From: Podarcis vaucheri
Lineage: Eukaryota
DNA: 64,000 nucleotides
Strand: one strand, 5' to 3'
NCBI GenBank assembly: GCA_965113315.1
Contig: OZ220370.1
Part shown: piece by piece, positions 25,707 to 38,328 of the stretch
How the letters are laid out: every line of letters begins with the position of its first letter
How positions within the stretch are numbered: the stretch's first letter is position 1
Program-made: the position numbers and the translations under genes
Notes under the pieces: generated by a model
Databases searched by the model: none
What the model was told of the DNA's origin: nothing
What the model saw: only the letters and a program-made list of their open reading frames with translations

Positions 25707-26037
25707 CAGGGGTCTGCAACCCGCGGCTCCGGAGCCGCATGTGGCTCTTTTACACCTTTGCCGCGGCTCCGGGGCGGATACTAGCGAGGGGAGGAGGCGC
25801 ATTGTGTGCCCCGACACTCCCCACTGTGGCGGGCGTTGTACTGGCTGTGATGTCGCATGGGGGCGGTGCGTGCATTAGTCACGCACCGTTCCGACGTCAC
25901 CTTCCTGCCCGCTGTCAGATCGCGGCTCCGGAGATATATTTGTTTTAAATGTCGCAATGGTTTTGCGGCTCCCAGTTGTTTTTTCTTTGGAAACGGGTCC
26001 AAGTGGCTCTTTTTGTCTTAAAGGTTGCAGACCCCTG
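25707..26037. mobile_element. Non-autonomous hAT (Charlie-like) element
   Basis: Perfect 15-bp TIR caggggtctgcaacc / ggttgcagacccctg; perfect 8-bp TSD gcctaggc; subterminal gcggctcc repeats; CpG-rich interior. Confidence 0.92.
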
Positions 26038-26912
26038 GCCTAGGCCTTTTAGGATGGCAGTCTCCAACGTGGCACCCTCCTGATGTTGTTGACTACATCG
26101 TCACTCACCATTGGCTACAATGGCTGCAGCCAATGGGGCCCAACAACATCTGAACACCACCAAGTTGGGGAATGCTGTCTAAGGGAAAGCCGAGTTTCAT
26201 TCAGCCCAATCCAAGACCCCTAGTCGGGGCAGAGGCCAGTGCACAGCCGTAGAAATAATTCACTGTGGTTGAAAGCTAGACCTGTTCATCAAAATGGATG
26301 AACCCTTCCCTTCCCTTCCCTTCCCCTCTCCTCTCCTCTCCTTCCTTCTGGTTGTTTACCCAGTTATCTTGGTTTCATTTCTCAGAAAAGAAAGAGGGGA
26401 CAAATAGCTGTGCATTTCACTTTATTGGAAAATGGAGGCAACAGGGCCATTGGGCGGTTGGGCATTCTCTGATTCACCTTGATACGACTTGTTAGTCCCG
26501 AGTTCCAACTCTGAAAGGACTACCCTGAATCACCCCAGTTTGCCTTCTTATTTGGGATGCACAGAGAGCTGATCCATACCCTTAGCAGAGGCCATTGCTA
26601 GAACCCCTGACCCTGACACTACTTCCCTAGCCTCTTGTCTCCCTGTGACATCTTTCTCCTGCATCTCTCCTCCCATTCCCACCAAGTCCTCACAAAAGAG
26701 TGACAGTTCAAACCTTAGGTGATAAGACAGGGCTTTGGTGTTAAAAAAATCTTAGCTCTGCAGCTTATTATGTGGCTATCAGCTGTCTTGGAAGTAGCAG
26801 AGGAAGTTTGATTCACAGTTAGTGCCTTGGTGACTGAATGGATGCACAAACCCATTGATGCAGTTCTGTAAGGGAAGCTTTCTGTGTAAAGTGTGTCTGT
26901 GCATTGTCAATG

Positions 26913-26941
26913 GTGTGTGTGTGTGTGTGTGTGTGTGTGTG
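26913..26941. repeat. (GT)n microsatellite
   Basis: Direct. Confidence 0.95.
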
Positions 26942-28212
26942 GTTTCCAATGGCATGAGGGCAATACCCTTTTCTTCAAGGGGGACAGATGGGTTGCCCTT
27001 GAATGGCTAAAAACTCTGTAATGTATATTTTACTTTCCATGGCAAAGTGCGCCCATGTGGATGCATTCTCAAGACACACCTGTGTCTGCCATGGGTGCAG
27101 CCAGGATTTATGTTAGGGGGCGTCAGGCTTTATATTAGGAGTGGCAGAACCTCAGTTAAGCATTTTTGTTGGTTTACTTGATTTAGTGGGGCAGCTGCAC
27201 TCCTCCCCCCGGCTATGACCATGGTGTCTGCCCCATGCTTTTCTGAATTGAGTGCCAGAATGAGGCTGAGTAGAGTCCAAACAATGGTCAATCTCAGGTG
27301 AAGGGCTCATTAGTGCTAAAGAAAATGGGGAGGAGTGTTTCATAACCATACCTGTACAGATTTCCAACTGCTTCCCTATATCCGTATTACAATGTCAGGA
27401 AAAATATATTTTGGCCCATGCGAAAGCTACAGATAATTGTACCTGACCCAAGTAACATTGCTTTCTGTGGAACTCAATCATGACTAACTGTAGTTGAACT
27501 GGGGCTAGAAAATTGTATTTTTGAACCAAAAGGAAATGATTGAAGTTGCAAGAAATACTATCAAGCGAAATATTTGCAAATACATTATTTCAAATGTCCA
27601 TTTTTTGTACTTTTCTTGAGGAAATATTTCCTTCAACTCTGGAATGTTTTGGCGGAATCTTGGAATGGTAACTTGGAGAAAGCTGTTACTTGTGTGAATT
27701 TGTTGCATGCAACTCCTGAATGTGAGGCTAATGTCATATTCTATGTTCAGTATTGTAAGCGCATTTGTGTGTTATGAGAATGCAGTAATAATTTTGCAGC
27801 AGCCGTTTTATTATTATCATTTGTCTTTGCGGTTGTTTTGAAATACCTCGCTCTTTCGGGAAACTGTACCTTAACAGCACCACACTTTATTTAAGCATCT
27901 TCTTCACACCTGGAGAAGTACAGAAAACAGGTGTCTCTCTCTACTGGTTAATGCCTGGCTCCAGAGAGTCTAGCCAAAATCTGATTTGGATATTAACAGG
28001 CCCTGAGAAGCCAAACTCAGTATAGGGTTTTCTATGTGTGCTGTGTGACAGCTCTGGAAGTTAAGAGAGGATGAATGTGGCATTATGTGTCCATGCATGC
28101 CAGCAGGGTTTTTCTGCTTTTTCACAGAGTTTCCATCCTTTCAAGAGTTTAAACTACTACAGAAACACTTAAAATAACATTAGGACCCAGTCCAGATTTC
28201 TCTGCCAGTCAG

Positions 28213-28215
<3 letters not shown>

Positions 28216-28246
<31 letters not shown>
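28216..28246. repeat. (GT)n microsatellite
   Basis: Direct. Confidence 0.95.
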
Positions 28247-28250
<4 letters not shown>

Positions 28251-28458
28251 ATACCATGCATCTGAGCACCCAAAGGGCTTTATGATTTGTTAGGTTTAGT
28301 AGTTCAGAGGATTAAAAAGACAGGAATATTAGCAGGGAAAAAAGAAGAAGGAGAAAAGTCAATGTATTCACTGAAGCAAATCTAATGGGTTGCTGGGCCA
28401 GAGGAAATTAAAAAAAGGTTCCACCTACCACCTGAGTGAATCTTATTTATAATTCCTA

Positions 28459-28463
<5 letters not shown>

Positions 28464-28505
<42 letters not shown>
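28464..28505. repeat. (AT)n microsatellite
   Basis: Direct. Confidence 0.95.
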
Positions 28506-28507
<2 letters not shown>

Positions 28508-30005
28508 CCAGGCATCTTTCTTTTTTCTTCTTCTTTTGCTATGCTAGTCACATTTTCTAAATCCTTTATCAACGGCTGTTCTGCATATGAATGGGCTGTA
28601 ATTGAACTGTCACATTCATGAAGGTCAGTAACCTTTCATTAGGAAGAATGTGTCTCTCTTGATAAATTGGAAAGTCCCTGGGGATTTGAAAGCAGGTTTT
28701 TTTTTTTTTTAAAAAAAACCCACTCTTTCAAGTATACCTAAAAATCTAATACAGATCTTTCTTTCTTTCTGTTCCTTTCACGGTACTCTGACAAACCTTT
28801 CTTCTTTGTCTTTTTCATAGTCAGCATTGTTCAAAATATTCAATCTCTGTGCTTTGCCATGACCAGCCTGAGAGCCAAAGAGAAAATGTCTAACTCCTGT
28901 CCTTTAAATTGCAGATAGTCAATATGTCTAGGTCTTTGTTTTGTTTTTGTTTTCAATAATAAACCTTGAAATTACAGCTAATACAGGGCTTTCTGTTCTC
29001 TGGGGCTTCTTTAGCAATCCCAGCGAAAATTACCAGCAAATCAAGGAAGAAACAAATTCATCAGGGAAACGAGTAGAGGAGTTGATGGTTGGTCCCTGTG
29101 TTTTCCCAATCCAGCTATTCAAAGGAGGGATCTTATTTTGGAGAAATGACCAGATAGTCTAGTTGTGTTGTCCCTATCAATTTCACCAACTGCTCCTTTG
29201 AAAAACCAGGCACTGGCCTAGTTTGCATGCAGTGCTAAGCCACACCATGGCTAAGCATGAAGGCGGTAGGCTATGGGTTCTCAGAAGGAAAATCATGGCC
29301 ATGTTGCTCCTCCTCCAATCCTGCTGCTGTTGCTGTGCTACCTGGAGCTAAACCATGGTTTGTCTTTGTGTCACATCCGAACACGTGCTTCTGGTTTGTC
29401 TCATTGCAGATAAAACACAAGCTGTAGCAAAGGTTTATTTTTGACTTATTGCTTGTGGTTTGTTCGATGGAGACATTAATGTTTGCATTTTGTCTTTTGT
29501 TTTTGCAAAGCATAAGTGGCCGTAGTACAAAGGAGCTTCCAAAAAGATACCAGCTTTCTAGAGTGATCAGTTGATCTCCATTAACACTATTGGACAGGCC
29601 ATTAGACCTTCAGATAGAGGACACCTTCAAAGAGGACATGTGGCAAGCCTAATACCACCTCTGAAAGGGGGGAAACTCATCATCCTCAGTTCAGAAATTA
29701 TTCAAACATGCAAAATTATTTTTTTCTAATGTCTATAAATAATCCAGAGGGTAATAATCCAGAACTGAGGTAATACAGTTCTCCCTAAAGGAACCTATGA
29801 AACGGCAGAGGAACCTATGAACCTATGAAATGACAAACTCATATTCAAGAGAGCAAAGACCGGACAATTCATTTTGTACCAAAGACTACAATGGAACCCT
29901 TTCGGGAAAGGAGGATTCCACAAATTTGGTAATATTTGAATCCTGGATTCCTGTTCAAGTCCATCTTGTAACTTACATTAAGATTCATGAAGGATGAGAC
30001 TATCA

Positions 30006-30456
30006 AACCTAGACAGCAACACCAGTAGTGGTGTATGGAAGTGAGAGCTGGACCATAAAGAAGGCTGATCGCCGAAGAATTGATGCTTTGGAATTATGGT
30101 GCTGGAAGAGACTCTTGAGAGTCCCATGGACTACAAGAAGATCAAACCTCTCCATTCTTAAGGAAATCAGCCCTGAGTGCTCACTGGAAGGACAGATCCT
30201 GAAGCTGAGGCTCCAATACTTTGGCCACCTCATGAGAAGAGAAGACTCTCTGGAAAAGACCCTGGTGTTGGGAAAGATTGCAGGCACAAGGAGAAGGGGA
30301 CAACAGAGGACGAGATGGTTGGACAGTGTTCTCGAAGCTACCAACATGAGTTTGACCAAACTGCGGGAGGCAGTGGAAGACAGGAGTGCCTGGCGTGCTC
30401 TGGTCCATGGGGTCACGAAGAGTCAGACATGACTAAACAAGTAAGCAACAACAACA
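30006..30456 (+). mobile_element. RTE-BovB LINE, 5'-truncated
   Basis: YGSESWTIKKADRRRIDALELWCWKRLLRVPWT...YFGHLMRREDSLEKTLVLGKI...HGVTKSQT is the BovB ORF C-terminus; (CAA)n tail; 26-bp TSD at 29980-30005 and 30457-30482. Confidence 0.95.
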
Positions 30457-30666
30457 AAGATTCGTGAAGGATGAGACTATCAGTGGCTACTAGCCATGTT
30501 CTACTTCCACTACCTTGAGTGCTTCTGAGTGCCAGTTGTTGGGGTTCACAAGTGAGGAGAATGTTGTTGTGCTCATGTATTGTTTGTGGTCTGGTTGGCC
30601 ACTGTGAGAACAGGGAGCGGGAATAGATGGGCCTTTGGTGTGATCCAGCAGGGCTGTTTTTATGTG
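30457..30666 (+). mobile_element. CR1 LINE 3' end (BovB target)
   Basis: ttcgtgaaggatgagactatcagtggctactagccatg...ggttggccactgtgagaacagg...gatgggcctttgg..tgatccagcagggct; an antisense relative lies near 58895-59075. Confidence 0.7.
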
Positions 30667-32216
30667 CAGTTTCCTATCAGTGGCAAGAGGACAAAAGAAT
30701 AGCCTCATTATCTTCCTTCAGGCCCAAGCTTCCAAAAAGAGTTAAAGTACAACGTAGCTAAAGAGCATATTTCCAAGTGTGTTAAGCATTTTCCAAGCAG
30801 AGAACAAATCCGCTTTTACCACTTCATGTCTTTACAATAGAAGCCCATCCATTAACATGGGAAACTGCTTGTTTGCATTTCTTAACAGCTGACATTTGTA
30901 CCTTTCCAAGGAAAGTGAAGGGCATCTCATTGCTTCCTTGTTTAAAGCAGTGTAGAAATAATGGGGTTGATAGGGAATTGGAGCTAATTTCCTTTGTCTC
31001 CTATTCAGCAGATAATGGTGGTATGTGTGGGATGTTAAAGGCCAGGCAGAGGAGGTGACCTGGAGATGACTCCATTCTTCTGAGGTTTATCAAAGGCTCC
31101 TGTCAGTCAAAGGCATGCTGGGAGACTGGGGACTGGCCATCTGGTCCAAAGTTAATCAAAGAGGAAAAAGCAGAGTAAGGAAGTAGGGGAGAGAGGGGGG
31201 AAAATCTCACTGACAATTTCTGTGCACGGTGGAAGGATGAGAGTTTCCTATTCCCTAGCAGTTCCAGCACATGGGCCTGGTGGTGGTGGGATCACCCTCA
31301 CGACGGAGGGTTTTGTTTAATATGGATAAAGCAGCGAGATGATATTGTGTGTCAGTTTTCAGTGGCAACACTGAAGGTCACTCATGCTGTTAGCTGTTCA
31401 GAGAAGCAACAGAACTGTTTCACTTATTTGAGGAAAGAAAGGAAATAACTGGTTCACTATGGGGAGCCAATTTAAATTCAAACAGGTCTTCTGTTTTGAA
31501 GCCAGAAATCTTTTCATCATTGCCATGTTTATTACAAGCATTAACACGTTTTTACAGCAAATACCATCACTAACCCATCCCTGTATCTAACCTGGCATAT
31601 GTCCTCCTGCTACCACCACTGTCAAATGATGGCATCCCATACAAACCTCACATATTGAATTTGTGAAAAGGTTTTGAGTTCAGATTGGTGATTTTGTCCA
31701 ATTATAAAATCGAATGGTCCAGTGTGTGGACTGAGTGAACCCATAGCTGTGGCATTGTTGAAGCAAAGAGGGTGAGCGAGGGCCTGATCAGTCAAGGAAT
31801 GAGAGACCAGTGATAGTCTTCTGTAAAAACAACGAAGAGTCTCTTGGCACATTAAAGGGTAATATAATTTATAATTTATTTTTATTTTTATACTGTAAAC
31901 CACCCTGTGATTGTCGCATGAAGGGTGGTATATAAATTTAATAATAATGGCATAAGCTTTTGTGGACTATAGTTCGCTTCTGTCAGATGCATGAAGTTTA
32001 CCTCAGTTGCAGGTACATATATACCTGGGAGGGAGGGGTTGATAGAAGTGGACTATGCCATAATAAATTTGTTGCTCTTAAAGGTGCCACCGGTCTCTGG
32101 TTTTGCTACAAGCGACTATCTGGCTACGTCCTTGGAAACTGTTACAATGGAAATCCCACATAAGCCATTTTGAAGTTTCTAAGGAAGGATGGAATATGTG
32201 CAAAATGCATAAGGTA

Positions 32217-33106
32217 CCGTATTTTTCGCACCATTGGACGCACCGGACAATAGGACGCACTTTGTTTTAGAGGGGGGAGAACAAGGGGAAAAAATCTCCC
32301 CCTCTCTGCCCAGCGCCCCTTCAGTGAAGCAGCAGGAGGCACTGCACAGAGAGGGGGAGAACTTTCCCCTCTTGTTTTCCCACTCTAAAACAAGGTGTCG
32401 TTTAAGGTGCGTTCAGGCGGCTACCTTGGAAGCCTGGAGAGCGAGAGGGGTCGGTGTGCACTGACCCCTCTCGCTCTCCAGGCTTCAGGTTCCTTTCGAC
32501 CTGCTCTTTGGGGCTGGCGGGGGGAAGCCCACCACCAGCCCCAAAGAGCAGGTCAGGGAGCAGCGGAAAGGCGCAGGGGACAGGCTCCTGCCATAGCCAC
32601 GCGTCACCTCTCCAGCTGGGAGAACGTGCGCGGGGCTAAAGAAGCACCTGCGACCCTCTCCTGGCTGGGGAGGTGACGCGCGGCTATAGAGGCTCCTGCC
32701 ATAGCTGCGTGTCACCTCTCCAGCTGGGAGAGGGTTGCGGGAGGCTGCTTTAGCCCCGCGTGCGCTCTCCCGGCTGGGGAGGTGACGCGCTGCTATAGAG
32801 GCTCCTGCAGCCTCCCGCGACCCTCTCCCAGCTGGAGAGGTGACACGCAGCTATGGCAGGAGCCTCTATAGCCGCGCGTCACTTCCCCAGCCAGGAGAGG
32901 GTCGCAGGTGCTTCTTTAGCCCCGCGTGCGCTCTCCCGGCTGGAGAGGTGACGTGGGGCTGTAGAGGCTCCTGCCATAGCCGCGCTTCACCTCTCCAGCT
33001 GGGAGAGGGTCGCGGGGCTACGGCGTCTTCGCTCCATAGGACGCACACACATTTCCCCTTCATTTTTGAAGGAGAAAAAGTGCGTCCTATAGAGCGAAAA
33101 ATACGG
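32217..33106 (+). mobile_element. TcMar-Tc2-type non-autonomous element with fold-back interior
   Basis: TIR ccgtatttttcgc / gcgaaaaatacgg, TA TSD, subterminal taggacgcac repeats. Confidence 0.88.
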
Positions 33107-33619
33107 TAACCCACACACTGGGTTTAAAGAAAATCATTGAGTTCTAAGCCAGAAAACTGGGAAATTCCATTCAAACATAATTAGCAAGCTTAGGGCTAGT
33201 TAATGCATGAAGGGTTTAAGAGCACAGACTCAGCTAGGTCATATTCCTCACCTGGAAGGAAGTTAAGTTTCCTTCTTTGTGCATTCTCTTTCACCAAGTG
33301 AATTCACTGAGACAGGATGTGTATGCTTAGAGCTATTTCACTATATTTTGTATCCAAAGATTTCTGCCTGTGTTTACTTGCTGCTGCATGGGTAAATGCA
33401 TTAACCTGACTTTTGGAACTTTGTAAGTAAAACATTTTAAAACTTACTAAGGTGTGTCATCTGTTCAATGCTAAGAGGAATAGAAAAACTTTGGGTGTCC
33501 CACTGCATTCAGTAGGGCTTATTCTCAAGTGAGGTGAGGATTGCAGACAGTCAAGACTAAGGCTGCTATTCTAAACATGCGAACGTGGGAGTCCCATTGA
33601 ACCCAGTTGAGCTTACCCA

Positions 33620-33765
33620 GTGAGTTTTTTTCTGGGGGGATGCAGGGGTACGCATACCCCTAAACATTTTGTGAATCTAAGTTTGGCCTCATTGAGGGGC
33701 AGTATTTCAATATGAGTAGGAAAATGAGAGTACCCCTAAACATTTTTTTAGGGGGAAAAGCACTG
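33620..33765. mobile_element. Short hAT-like MITE
   Basis: cagtgagtttttt...gaaaagcactg termini, repeated tacccctaaaca motif; inserted in an older palindromic repeat. Confidence 0.6.
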
Positions 33766-35059
33766 AGCACTGAGTAGACATATTTGGATTGTACTGCCAG
33801 TTCCCAAGCCATGTAATAACCACTCATGACCTGCTTTTCCATCAAGGAGATTATTTCCTCATTTGAATGTGCTCTATTTCATCTCTTGACCTTGTGAGCA
33901 AATTGGAAACTGAACTGGGTTACAAAGCTTCCTCCCAGGAAAACAGATTGTGGAAGCAGAGGGCCCTTGGCTGCCATCCTAGACTGGCCACTTCATGCAT
34001 CACCAAAAAAGAGGACAAAGGAGGATGCTGATCTGCATAAATTTTGCGTATGGGAATGCAGAATGACGATATTAAGTAGTGGAGAATCCTGTGACCAGGT
34101 CACCCGTGTGACTGCTCAGTCTAATGTCTAGGTGCTAAATGTGGATGGGCAACTTCAAAGTTCCTGCTCAACTTCTTTGGGACTCTTGATCTTTAAACAG
34201 GACTTCCTCTCAAACAGAGGAATGTCCTCTGTAAAGTAGAGCACATGGACACCCTATGTAATCCTATGCCATAAGCCCCACAGAACACATTGGAAATTGC
34301 TACTGTCTGAACATAGATTGAATTGCACCCATCTAATTGCTACTTGCACCTAATGCATGATAAGAAGGACAATATAAGGAACATGTCTTATAAAAATCAT
34401 CGGAAAAAGCAAAAAGCAAAAACATGATTTGGAATTTCCCCCCAAGGAACAAAGCTGCTTCATATCAGAAACAGCTCTGAACATAGAACTTGGCACATAC
34501 TTCCAGTTTCTTAGTTTGTGCGCAATTCTGTTTGCTTTCTGGGTCAAGGTTCAAACAAGCCTCGCTAGACCAGGCATATGGAGAAAAAGTCAGCAGTGCA
34601 TCGAGTTTCACCTCTAGCTTTACTGAACAGAGTTTCTCCTTGTGGAAGAGACTCTGGTTGGCATGGCTGAATAACAGTAAAAAATGGAACAGAGACGGGA
34701 AGCATTGAAATGCCAATAAGCTTTCTTCAGCTTTATTATTTTGCTGCTGCTGCTGTTGTTGTTGGCACCTGCCTGTCTAGAGAGACAATGGAGTGAGCCT
34801 CTGGAGGTGAAGTCAAACTGCTGGAGAATCACAGCACCTGCTGTGGCTGCAGAGACCGTTAAATTGTAACTGCTGCCTCCCGCATTGCTTTTGCTGCATT
34901 AGCAGCGTCGAAGTGACCTCTCCGAATGCACTCCCAATGAACATCAGGCAGGCGCCAACACTTAAAACTCCTCTGCTCATCCAGGCTTCTCCTGAGGGTT
35001 TCTCCTCAGGATGAGGGGCCATAATCAAGTGGGTAGATGGCATTGTGATTGTTGCCATC

Positions 35060-35370
35060 CTGCTGTCTCAAGAGATGATGGATTCTGCCCTTGAGGGAGA
35101 CACCAAACCAAAGTGTCCTCCCCGAGGTGCAAGCCTAGACAGTGTGAAGGGAGGTCCTTGGCCGCCCAGAAGACAGATCCTCCTCTTGGCCTCACCGATG
35201 TGGTCCAAAGGAAAGCAGAGCAAGATATCTGGCACCACCTTGGCTGCAGGAGTTGCTGGAAGGAGGCGTAGAAGACGCCATCCAACTCTCTTAGGGACTC
35301 CACTCTGAATTTGTGTAGGGATTACTCCTTAGCCTTTTCTTCTCCCAAAGATGTCCTGCAAGGCAGCAGG
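35060..35370 (-). mobile_element. Squamate interspersed repeat (SINE-like, family uncertain)
   Basis: gatgtggtccaaaggaaagcagagca...ggctgcaggagttgctggaaggaggcgta...tagggactccactc; recognised as a recurrent lizard repeat, but only one copy here. Confidence 0.45.
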
Positions 35371-35489
35371 CACAGATTCTCCCTCAGGCTTGACTCCCAA
35401 AGCCTTTCTTATGAATGAATATAACCTCAAGGCAGCAGAGTTTAGGATCTGAGTTTTCCTTCTCCTAGATGGGCACCTTCTAGCCAGTG

Positions 35490-35735
35490 AGAGCCAGTGT
35501 GGTGTAGTGGTTAGGAGCGGTGAACTAGTAATCTGGTGAACCGGGTTTGATTCCCCGCTCCTCCACATGCAGCTGCTGGGTGACCTTGGGCTAGTCATAC
35601 TTCTTTGAAGTTTCTCAGCCTCACTCACCTCACAGAGTGTTTGTTGTGGGGGAGAAAGGGAAAGGGGATTGTTAGCTGCTTTGAGACTCCTTAGGGAGAT
35701 AAAGCAGGATATCAAATCCAAACTCTTCTTCTTCT
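35490..35735 (+). mobile_element. Squam3-like CORE SINE, full length
   Basis: Homologous to 16818-17068. Confidence 0.88.
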
Positions 35736-36490
35736 ACCTTCGCAGGTTCACAAGCCCCACTTCACTTGGCAGCATGTGCAGTAACTGCCTTCTTGACCAT
35801 TAGACCCACTGTTGGCCTTGTCCACTCAGTCTGCCAGAGCCTGTCTTCACACGCAGAGAAAATCCCTAATTCACCAAGAGTTTGAGACCAATCGTCTGCC
35901 CTCACCTGGTTCAACCAGCTAGTCGAAGCCATTCCCAGGGTGTAGCCACAGTTGTATGCTGACAGTTCTAGGAGCAACAGGTGAAAGCTGAGTGCAGGGT
36001 GGGGACTAAAAGTGGACAAACCACCCCAGAAGGAGCATGACGTGTCCCCCAGCAGATCTACTACCCTTTCCTTAACAGTTCACTATTAATTGAACAGAAG
36101 TGTTTCACCAGGTGGGGCAGGGCTGCTATGCTAGCTTCCTGGCAGGTGGGTTTCTGTTTTTTTGGGGGGAGAGAAGCAACAGATTTGTGTGGTGAAAATG
36201 CATCAGTGGGAGCACTGGGTTAGTTTTGCCCATGTACTTTCACATTGTTCTCCCCGCCACCTCTCCCTCTCAATAAACAACAGCAAACCACCTACTGGGA
36301 AGCTAGCATAGCAGTTCCACCCCACCCCAGCAGTATCTCTCAAATACTGTTGCCCAAAATGCCTTCCTCTAAGGCTGAGGTAGGGGAAGCTTTTTCAACT
36401 CAAAAGCTACATTCCACCTTCATGGGCAACTTTCTGAAGGCCTCATGGGCAAGGCCAAAAGTGAGTGGGTCAATGGATACGAGTCTTTAA

Positions 36491-36578
36491 AAAGGTAAAG
36501 GGACCCCTGACCGTTAGGTCCAGTTGCGGACGACTCTGGGGTTGCAGCGCTCATCTCGCTCTATAGGCCAAGGGAGCC
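36491..36578 (-). mobile_element. Sauria SINE, 5'-truncated 3' end
   Basis: aaaggtaaagggacccctgaccgttaggtccagt...; TSD gagtctttaa/gactctttaa. Confidence 0.85.
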
Positions 36579-38169
36579 GACTCTTTAAGTGTGTACAATA
36601 GGCTACGTTGTAGCCACACAGTGGTTTCTGTGACATTCTTTTTTCATCCAGGAATTCAAAAGGTATCAGCTCAAGGACACATTGAGGCAGTGAATGAAAA
36701 CAGAATCACCTGAGACACCCCTGCCCCATGAAGAACACTTGAGAGCTCTAACCCACTGATGTACGGTATTAATAGCACTTATAGAGTATAAGGGAAGTGT
36801 TCAAAGTGTGAAACAAAAGTGGAGCAATTGGAAATGATGCATTGTGTAAAGGGATACTGTGGATAGGGATAGCATGGTGGAAGTGAGAGGTTTATGAAAT
36901 GAAGTGATGCTCACTCCTGATCATATGGCATAGCTACTGAGCATGTTCAGTGCAAATCGGACACTGAGCAACAGCAACAAAATGAATGGCAATCATACAA
37001 AAGAATCATAATCTAGAAGCAAGTTTACATGGAGTGGAGGGAACCGTTGGTTTGCCTAAGATAATATGAATTGAACAAGCTGTCATGCAGCAAAATAAAA
37101 AGAAATGAGTGTAGGGGATAAACATTGGCTTTGATAGACAAAAGCCCACTGTGCTGTTCCATTAAGTACAAGCTGGTTATGCGCTGCATGAACTGGGGCT
37201 TTTATCAGACTGTGTTGTGTACATTCAGCAAGAGCTAAAGACTCCTGTATTTATGGTTTGCTCTCCATAGTTTCTGAAGGACTTGAAAGAAGGAATAAAA
37301 ATGTCAATTTTCTGTGAAATGGACTCATAGCATAGAATAGACCCTGAGCCTAGCTGCCTCCATGGAGTCTGTTAGGCCAATGTGATTTTCTACCTCAGAT
37401 GGATAATTCTTGTTCTCTCTTCTCTCCCAGAGCTTCCCTGAACTTTGAAATATCTTGACATTTATGGATTGTGGCTGAAGTTTTCAAAGCCATGCCCTTC
37501 TTCCATACAGTGTACTCAGATGAATGGCAAAACTAAGGGCCTATGTTAATTAAGTAATTAAGGACCTGTTCCAACAGATACACTATTTTGCAGAAATGGG
37601 AAGTGCTAAATGTGCTACAATAACCATCCCTAACCACATCACAGTCTATGAGGCCAGAGGCCAGAAAGAGACCACATTATATACACTCGCATCTCCTTGA
37701 TACTATTGTGTTGGGTTTTAGCTGTAAGCTCCTCTGGAAGGCAACCTTGCCGGAAAAGCAGGGTATGCAAAAATAAATGAAACTGCAAACATTGAGATAA
37801 TTTTGAATGCCTGACATACTTTGGGATTCCAAAACAAATCTGTCTCAGTCAGATGTAAGATCAATGTGGTTGCTCCCGGATGACCTGCTTACTGAGTGTT
37901 CACTCTGATATGTTTGCGGGGAGGTCAGACAAAGTTGCCTATTTATTTGTTGAGCATTCATTCTAATTTGTCTGCAGGGAGGTTATGGGACTCTGTGCTG
38001 AGAAATTGCTACCCTACACTTTCCAGTGCATTTCCCCATTGATTTCCTTATTGCATAAAGTATGGTTTGGGGTGGAGAGGAAGAGGACTTGTTGCACAAG
38101 ATTGCCTAATCAACTTAAATTGTGCAACCAGAATTTATCGGTTGGTGATCAAAACACTTGGAAATAGAA

Positions 38170-38278
38170 GTTTAGGGAAGTTTTTAATATTTAATGCTGT
38201 ATTGTTTTTAACACTTGATTGGAAGCCGCCCAGAGTGGCTGGGGAAACTCAGCCAGATGGGCGGGGTATAAATAATAA

Positions 38279-38328
<50 letters not shown>
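38170..38328 (+). mobile_element. L2 3' tail with (ATT)n microsatellite
   Basis: gtttagggaagtttttaat...gccgcccagagtggctggggaaac...ggcggggtataaataataaa(tta)n. Confidence 0.85.

Noticed and set aside
30009-30416. 135-aa minus-strand ORF
   Set aside because: Antisense shadow of the BovB ORF
32582-33020. CRISPR-like or coding repeat array
   Set aside because: Eukaryotic context; units occur in both orientations without unique spacers and lie inside a MITE
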